A stretch of 61,533 nt of DNA, the filler included, from Corallochytrium limacisporum Hawaii (Eukaryota; Protista; Pluriformea), in NCBI GenBank assembly GCA_002811645.1. It is 3 parts of 3 records of this genome, joined end to end, with 100 filler letters (N's around TTAATTAATTAA, not from the genome) between each part and the next. Parts side by side here need not be neighbours in the genome. Positions count along the whole stretch, not along the records: positions 30,009 to 59,846 come from PDIP01000108.1; positions 59,947 to 61,533 come from PDIP01000053.1; 1 more part is not named here. One strand, given 5' to 3'. Of this stretch, positions 54,149-61,533 are shown piece after piece. A program made the position numbers and the translations under genes. The notes under the pieces are model-generated. The model was not told the origin of the DNA. It did not search any database and saw nothing but the letters and a program-made list of their open reading frames with translations. How positions within the stretch are numbered: the first letter of the stretch is position 1; the number at the start of each line of letters is the position of its first letter.

Positions 54149-57100
54149 CGTGTTTCATCTATTTGGTTACATGGCCCATTATACTTCTACGGTCTCGACT
54201 TGGCGGCCAAGGAGGTGCCGTGCACCAGTGACATTGGATTCCATAGAGAGATTGCGCCTGTCCTCATAGCCATTCTTGCATCTACTACCAAGGATGTTCG
54301 GCGACACGACACGCAACTCTATCTCCTCGATCAGTTACCCCAAGTGGTGTGGTTTCCTCCGTGCTATCGACGCGAGTTGTCCCAAAGTAGCTTCGCGAAA
54401 GATTCAGTTTGCGTTGTTGCTTTGGACCTTCCAAAAGGAAAGTGGATTTCACACTCTTGCAGGCGTGCAAACTGTCGTTGAGTCTACACCCACCTAAGTG
54501 AGAACTGTCGGGTGGCGATCGGACGACGGCCGGGATCTGTGTGACATTCCGAATCATTCCAAACTGGGCCGGAGGGGCCACTGAATCGGAGTCCCCCACC
54601 GGTCGAGGCCGTTTCCACTGCGCTTTGGTAACGACGACGCTATGGACACCCCCGCAAGCAAAGTGAAATCCCTCCTCTCCTTATCTCATTTATTGTCATT
54701 GATTTTGCTGTGTCCCTCCTGGACCGGGTCCCGGTGAGCCCCTTCCCCTTCTTTCCCCCCTCAACCCCCTCCGTCCCTTTTCCTCCGGGCCCACTGGCCC
54801 TCTCACTGGGAACGGTGCCATTCCGCCTGTTTCCTCTGCTCTTCCCTAACCCAAAGAGAAAAAGAAACTACAACAGTTTTCACCCTACCCGCACTCAGTA
54901 TAAGGGTGGTACCGTTCTTCTGGACATTGTGGGCGGTGCCGATCCCCCTCACCGCATTTTTCTCCGAGGCGATCGCAGAACGAATCGGAAAGTAGAAAAA
55001 AAGAAAACAAGGAAAAAGGGGGCGCACAACAAATGCGACAGAAACGAAGGGGTAGTACTTGGGAACCAACACCCCCGCCAACACCCCGCGTGCCGGGGCA
55101 GGGGGTGGAAGAAGCGGGAGGGAGGGAGGGGATAAGCGAAGACGACAGTGGCTTTTTTCTGTTCCACCAAACTCCCCCCCCCCGGGGGGGGGACCTTGGG
55201 TTTTTTCTCCTCGCAGCCACCGCTCTGATGTGCCTTGGTCTTGGTTGTGAGCAGCCGGGGTATTATACCGGCACCCGCACCCTACCCGCCTTCCAGCCTG
55301 TGCCGGAAAGCACTTCAGAAGAGGGCAGCAGGGGTGACTTCCCTCTCAGTTATTGCTGTTGAAAAAATGACCGGGAGTGGTTGGAGTTGCTCACAAGGGA
55401 ACAAATTGAGTCGACAACGTCGATACAGTTACGTTCTTCGTGGCTGAGGAATGAAAATTGGTTGGGCTACGGAGGTCCCGTTGGTATTTAATCCACGGAG
55501 GATTGGGCTCGCCACTCCCTCGGGAAAAAGAGAGGGGGGGGGGGGTCAGCCCCCGGCCGTGGTGCCTGTTTGTGACTTCTTAGTTTTGGGACTTTCGATG
55601 CCTTTCATTCTCGCCTCCGTACTCTCTCCTTACCCGCCCGCGCTCTCCATTAATCTCCCAGGTCTGAGCACCAAGCCAACCCGTCAGCAAACAAATGGTC
55701 TGCAGATCCTATGCGGTGGTGGGTACTGTGTTAGGGTGCTGAGAAGAACAGAATGGTATAAATAGGCCCCTACTATCATAGCTAATCCAAGGAGCGGCGG
55801 TACACTGTGTGGTTTGCAACTCCCAGCTCTGGCAACGGACGGCAACTCCTTGTGTCTTTCTTCGTGCCCACAACACCGAACGCTCTTAACCCCGTCCCGC
55901 ACTACCGTTGTTTACTTCCAATTGCGCGAAGTGCATTCTCTACACATCAATCTGTTACCGCTATTTGCTCTTTCAATGGTGAAAGTATTTTTGGGGACAG
56001 TCATAGTCATGATGGAGCATCACAGGCAAGCGTACTGATATCTGCGTATGATACGAACGGCGCGATTTTCCGTGTTTCGGTGTCGGGATGGTGATTCCGG
56101 ATCACTAGCTATCCGCTACATGTTTAGACTTCGGACATCAAGAAAGTGGATGATCAGCAATGAGCAGCAGCAATCGTTGTGTGTCATCAACAGATACGAA
56201 GCATATATCCTACTCGTTGCAAGAGGTGGTATTCCAATCTCTCCTTGTCGACTGCTGATCTCTGGGAGATCTTTCTCTACTTACCCTTTCACCGAGGGGG
56301 AGGAGGAATGTTTCTCGTTCTTTTGCTCCTCTTCTCCGGTCATGGGAGATTGGGGTGACTAAGGTGGTGCCGTACTCTCCCGACACCGTCTGTTTCTCTC
56401 GCTGCCCGGCCCCCGGCGGGGGAGGGGGTCTTTGTACGAGAGTCCGGACAGTCCCCTTTCTCGCGAACGAATCAAGCTGGTATTTCTTGACCCAGTCCAA
56501 TTTAGTCGAGAGTGGGTGTATGATCAGAAGGTCGTCGTCAGCAGGATCTGATGATCTATTCAACATTCCAGTCCCCTGCTTTTGCATGTTCGGACAGTGC
56601 TGGTGAATCCACACGGGGTTCCACCTCTGTGAATCCAGAAAGTTTGTCCGCATCGTGTTCCACTTGGAAGACCCTCCTGCCCAGTCCACCATTTCCGCAT
56701 CGCTCCGCGCGCAATCCGTCTTGAGGCCATTCCTGATTTCATTTTCGCCAGTATACTCTCGCCAAAGCTGTCCGAACAGACAGAGAGCAAGCTGCAAGCC
56801 CGCGACACCAACATCGCTCTGGGCGAGCGAAAGGCGAGCGAATCAGTGCCCCAACGCGCCGCAGCGTAATCGTTCCTCCCGTTTACCCCGGTTTCTGGTT
56901 ATCGTGGAAAAGCGCTTCTCGTTTCCCATTTTCTATTATCTCGCTCCGGGGAAAAGGCCCGTCCAGAAGTCGGAGGGAACTTCGTATGCCCAACCTCATG
57001 TGGTGGTAACGGGAAAATCCAAGACTGGTTGTTTCTTCCCTGCGGTTTCGGATTGCAAGGTTGGGGGGGAGGGGGGACTCAAGGGAAACACCAAGGCCGC

Positions 57101-57187
57101 GATTCTGGAAAACGGTGTTGCGTAAATGTTGCGGTTTCTTGCGTAGCCACCCTGAGTCTGTTAAGTGTGCTTCTGTCGGATATGCTG

Positions 57188-58433
57188 TCATTTTCTTCGC
57201 TCATGTTTCTCCTTCGGGCCGATCATATCAAATTTATCTGACACCTTTCCCGGGTTGCGCGCCAAGAAATGTAAGAGTTGTATGTACGTTAACGACTCGT
57301 TCCGAACTGTTTCTCTCGTGGCGTTTCTCCAAATTCTCTCCTTTCTCTTATCTTCCACCCGGTCTGTGGCGGCAGTGGGGAGCCGAGACTCGGAGAAAAG
57401 TAACTCAAGTGGATGGCCGATGTCGATTATCAATCGCAAGTTCTCTGGGCTGACCAGGTTGGATGGCACCATAGCATGTTCATCCCGTGTGCCTTGGAGC
57501 CGACCCTTGCACTGTTTGAACCCCCAGGTTATTCGATTTGCGTTCTCTCGCCGCACGTCGTCGTAAAGGCTTTTAACGAAGGTAAATAGCAATGAAACCA
57601 ATGAGAGCAGGGCTGACCGCATTCCAGTGCACATCATCCACGCGCCTTACACACTGGAGCGGCATGCGGCTCCTCAGGCCATCACCATCATCAGCAGAAC
57701 CAGATGAGAAGCCAACCGGACCGTCTCCCTGCTACAGCACTCACGTTTGACATGCCAGTGTACGATCGGCCTGAATTTAACACCAAACAGGTGCGCACTA
57801 CTGAATGGATTGGTCAGATCTTCCGCAAAACTTATCCAGTATAGAACACGAATGGTCACGCTTTATGCATAAGTGAACGAGAGAGGTAGAGATGGCTATC
57901 GCTGGACACCAAGTTTGGGTACGACAGCATCAAGTGCATCTGACCACCTCCGTGGTGGCACAGCAACAGGACTGTCCGCACAGGGCACGCATCTGACATC
58001 ACACGTCTAGTTCTTTGATCTACTTGTGTGCATGATTCTCATGATATCAACCGGTTCAGTCAACCACTCGTGAATGATGTAGGTGGTGCCATGCTTGGAT
58101 GTTCCCAACACGGTCGACAATTTCAGATTGATGCTTGTTGGGTTGCGATCAAGGCATGCTGGGCCTCCTGATGATCACCCCAAAGCAGTAAGAAGAAAAC
58201 ATGATCCCCTCAAAGGCCATGGGGCGACTGTCCTTGAATGGGATGTATCGTTTTGTATGCTGATCGGAGGCTTGGTGGACAACCGAGAGTTTCCCTCTGA
58301 AAGCTGATGCGAAGGTACCACCCCCACGGTAGTTTAGTCGGATCTCTGCAACCGTCATATTACGATGCGTTTGCTCGGTTGCCCCGACATACCGATCGAC
58401 AAGGAAGTTTGTGAGCTGGGAATTGAAGAGCAT
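57188..58433 (-). pseudogene. Degraded protein kinase gene relic
   Basis: Colinear degenerate kinase motifs across several frames: RGGGTFASAFRG (Gly loop), PMAFEGI (VAIK-like), TTYIIHEWL (hinge), PIVHWHVKRE (HRDVKPE-like), VRL/GFS (DFG region disrupted). Confidence 0.6.
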
Positions 58434-59772
58434 GGATAAACGACTCTAGAGCATCAATAATACGCAACACCTATCCCGGTGGCGGTCGCGAAAACATTTC
58501 GAGCCTCCGAAGGTCCTCTCCCTCCCCCTTTCGGGGGGCGAGCCCGCAAACGGGTTCCGTCCTCCGTTCCCTCCGATCCCGCTGGGGGAGGTAGGAAATC
58601 TGTGAAGGCCGGGGCCGAATTCTCTACACAAACAGCGTAAGTTCTACCGCCCAGAATAGAGTAAAATAGCACTACTGTGTGCATCTAGACGGGCACAGCT
58701 CGCATGTTTCTCCCGTATATGTCTAGTGATACCCACCCGCAGATGAGCGGCGGCAGCAGCAGCAATGGAAACGGATGAACAGAGCAGCCACCACTCGCAT
58801 CGAAAAATAGACTCCCGATCGGTTACTACCACTAAACATCCCTCCAGAAATTTTCATTTCCATCATCGTTATATTTATGCACCGGCTACGGAGATGAAGC
58901 ACATACAGCCGAGCAGGCATGCATGTGTATATCATACACCCTCTGGGAGTGACCTGTATGTGACAACAACATGCGTGAGCAGTCACCATAGCTTTCTGCT
59001 AGCTGTAAGTAAGCCTTGCTCCACAGTGTCGGATCAGCTGCTCCCTTCGATCACCAAGCCAACAGAACGGCGGAGCACAGCGACCCCGCGTTCGCAGCAG
59101 CAGCGGTGGTACAAAAAATCTGAGCAGGAGTAGTACGGGGGAATTAGGTAAACCACTCGGTTCTGGACTGGGTGGGGGTAGAGGGGGTTGCAAATTGGTC
59201 CCGGCTCGAAGAACGAATATTAGACTCCCATTTTCTCGGGGCACCCCGTTCTTGGTCCTCCCGAACCTGCCGGGCTTCCCATGCCAGTTTAGGCCATGTT
59301 GTGTACCGAATTGAATGTACGGTTACACCCCGCCATCCGGGTGCAAACAACAAAAGGAAACCCAATGGTGTACCACAGCCAGAGAGACAACCTTTTTGGT
59401 TACGGTCTCTCCCTCCACGGGGGAGGGGGCTCCTCACACCCCCACTAGGGACGTCAGTTCTCTTGAAGGGACAATAGTCATTGAGCCCGATCACCAGACA
59501 GAAAATTCATCGTTTATTTTCAATGGGGCTCTTATCCAAAACCCACCCCTCGGGGAAGGGGCCTACCGGGGTGGCGGTCCCAGACCAAGGGGCACGTTTG
59601 GCCTTTGGAGGATTGATATTAATTTCTCAACTCGTAGTTGTCAGGCTCATGGACATGGTGGTTTTCAAGGTCTAAGGCCCCAGTTCAACAATTTCCATTT
59701 CTGTACGATGGTGGTAGTACTATGCTTGAGCGACCATCCCTTGGTGATCACTGATGTTGTGTCCACCTGCAT

Positions 59773-59846
59773 TTAGTACCACCCTCTGTCTGGTATGTCA
59801 GGGTCAAAACTCCGAAAAACTTGACTCCCGAGGATCTTTTTCAATC
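59773..59846 (+). mobile_element. Left 74-bp inverted repeat (TIR of a MITE/foldback DNA element)
   Basis: Reverse complement matches 59947-60020 at 72 of 74 nt; both contigs end at the same internal position of the repeat. Confidence 0.6.
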
Positions 59847-59946
59847 NNNNNNNNNNNNNNNNNNNNNNNNNNNNNNNNNNNNNNNNNNNNTTAATTAATT
59901 AANNNNNNNNNNNNNNNNNNNNNNNNNNNNNNNNNNNNNNNNNNNN
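59847..59946. other. Artificial contig linker
   Basis: 44 N + TTAATTAATTAA + 44 N. Confidence 0.97.
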
Positions 59947-60020
59947 GATTAAAAAAGATCCTCGGGAGTCAAGTTTTTCGGAGTTTTGACCCTAACATAC
60001 CAGACAGAGGGTGGTACTAA
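59947..60020 (-). mobile_element. Right 74-bp inverted repeat (TIR of a MITE/foldback DNA element)
   Basis: Inverted copy of 59773-59846 with two transitions. Confidence 0.6.
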
Positions 60021-60790
60021 GGAATGTGTGGACCAAGGAAAAATGTAGGGGGGAATTGCCGGTCCAACCGGGCACGGTGACCAAAAATAACACTTTCCGT
60101 CAGGTGAAAGCGAAGGGTACAAAAAGAAAAAGAACAGAAAAATGAAATGGGGCAGAGAGGTGGTGGTACCGCGACCATCACAGAAGAATTGGAGAAAAGA
60201 ACAAAAAGTAAATACAAAAGAAACCGAAACCATTCTGCCGATGACCCATTTCTTTTCCTTTTGGTGGCTGTGGTTGAAGTCTGTCGTACGCAACGGCTTC
60301 CTGTCACTAAGCAGCCATACATTTCCGCGGTTTTTTGAACACCCAGAGAGAATGAAAAGCTGCACAAGAGACACAAGACATCCATACATAATGGAGAGAA
60401 GCGGTGACGGTGCCCAGGTATTGGTGTTTTGATCTGCCGATCGTGATCTTCTCTGGGTTTAGAAGGCGGCCTTTGGCTCATGTGGGCAGCATCACAAGCA
60501 TGTTGGCCCCCCCCCGGCCAAGATATGCATGTCAGAGGGTGCTTGGCATCCGTGTTGATGATTGTTCAGAAAGTTTCTCTCCGCAGGATTCATGTCCAGT
60601 CTCGGCGGATCAGATTTAGTGTCTGCGCTACCACAAACACAAGCCAACTCCCCTCGGATCGATGGCATCAGTGTGCTAGGATCCCAAGCAGGCACGAAAC
60701 AACGGCTAATATCACTTACTGTGATATCGCTTTCGAACAGATGTGTTTGTCACCACCTCTGATAGAGCGTAACGAACATCAACAAGGACA

Positions 60791-61418
60791 TGTGGCTATG
60801 GTTGCATAAACCATGATGATTAGTGCTCAATGTGGCCGGGGTTGTTACCAGTTTGTGGACACTACATGTGCGGGCGGTGGAGATCCCATTGATCGGTTAT
60901 CTGAACAAGTCTTGGTGGTGAAGACCCATTTAACGTTATCTGCTTGACACACCAGCTCGGAGGGGATCAGATGCATGCTCACTCGAACATGGTGCTCAAT
61001 CCCGTACACAGGGACAAGTCACTCCAAGTGTCCACGTTTGCGAGCATGGCCCAAGCCTGTGTTTGGGCCGGACCCGTTTGTTGACAACTCTCAGTGCCGA
61101 GTTTGGACCGCCACGCAGGCAAGCCCCAGCAAGAGCAGCCCCCACATCAACACTTGTCAAATGTGCCAGATGAGCGATAGAAATATGAGCATATTAACTA
61201 TAGACATGCTCCCGAATTATCTCCCGAGCACCTGTCTCGCCCATTCACACCGATGGGCCCAGATCTCGTCCTCAACCGCACCTTTTCGCCCGACAAGTCC
61301 AGTGGCGGAAGCGTTGCAGAATCTTCATCGGGGGTTGGATCAGTGTGACTGTCGAGGTGCGCTAGGACGCACGCTGAAAGAATTTCACTTCCAAAGATGT
61401 CAGACATTAATCATCTAA
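60791..61418 (+). pseudogene. Degraded RING + B-box (TRIM/RBCC-like) gene relic
   Basis: Frame from 60791: CGYGC...*...PGLLPVCGHYMCGRW..*..*..NVICLTH (RING-like, 3 stops). After a frameshift: TCQMC...NYLPSTCLAHSHR (B-box1-like) and LKEFHFQRCQTLII (B-box2-like), in RING-B1-B2 order. Confidence 0.55.
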
Positions 61419-61533
61419 TATTTTCACCCACGACGCGAGGACACCTCTACAAGACCAAGAATGAATCTGCTAATCTGGCCGTATCCAGCTCCGTGGCCAA
61501 CCCCTCCTTGCCGAGCCGGAAAGGGGAGGGGGG

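Noticed and set aside
54844-54852. CCCTAACCC as a possible telomerase RNA template
   Set aside because: A 9-nt match in a C-rich low-complexity island, with no pseudoknot or other supporting structure identified.
1-61533. CRISPR arrays, rRNA, prokaryotic operons, alternative genetic code
   Set aside because: No spaced direct repeats or rRNA-like sequence seen. Long conserved genes translate cleanly in the standard code and end with TAA, TAG and TGA.

Overview
Eukaryotic, gene-dense DNA made of three contigs (1-29908, 30009-59846, 59947-61533) joined by artificial 100-nt linkers (44N-TTAATTAATTAA-44N). All recognisable genes are uninterrupted ORFs of up to 2655 aa: USP53/54-like deubiquitinase, NSUN6-like m5C methyltransferase, CPLANE1-like protein with a frameshifted tail, MCTP, CDP-DAG synthase, CARM1, HSDL2-like SDR, TEP1, SLC49 MFS transporter, mitochondrial carrier, TMEM184/OST-alpha, TBC1D12/14-like RabGAP, PEX1 and HECTD2/Hul4-like ligase. 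Gene content, TTAGGG telomere repeats and the lack of CDS introns suggest an intron-poor unicellular opisthokont/holozoan (Corallochytrium-like; inference only). Contig 2 starts at telomeric repeats. Main unusual observations: (1) long intergenic spacers contain decayed gene relics (protein kinase, RING/B-box TRIM-like gene, a 362-codon frame with two stops, frameshifted CPLANE1 tail), punctuated by C-run/G-run hairpin and G4 islands; (2) a 159-aa membrane-anchored orphan carrying a near-exact cyclin B1-type destruction box; (3) a 74-bp inverted repeat on both sides of the second gap (MITE/foldback-like); (4) very tight or overlapping convergent gene pairs. All assignments come from motif recognition by eye; no searches were run.
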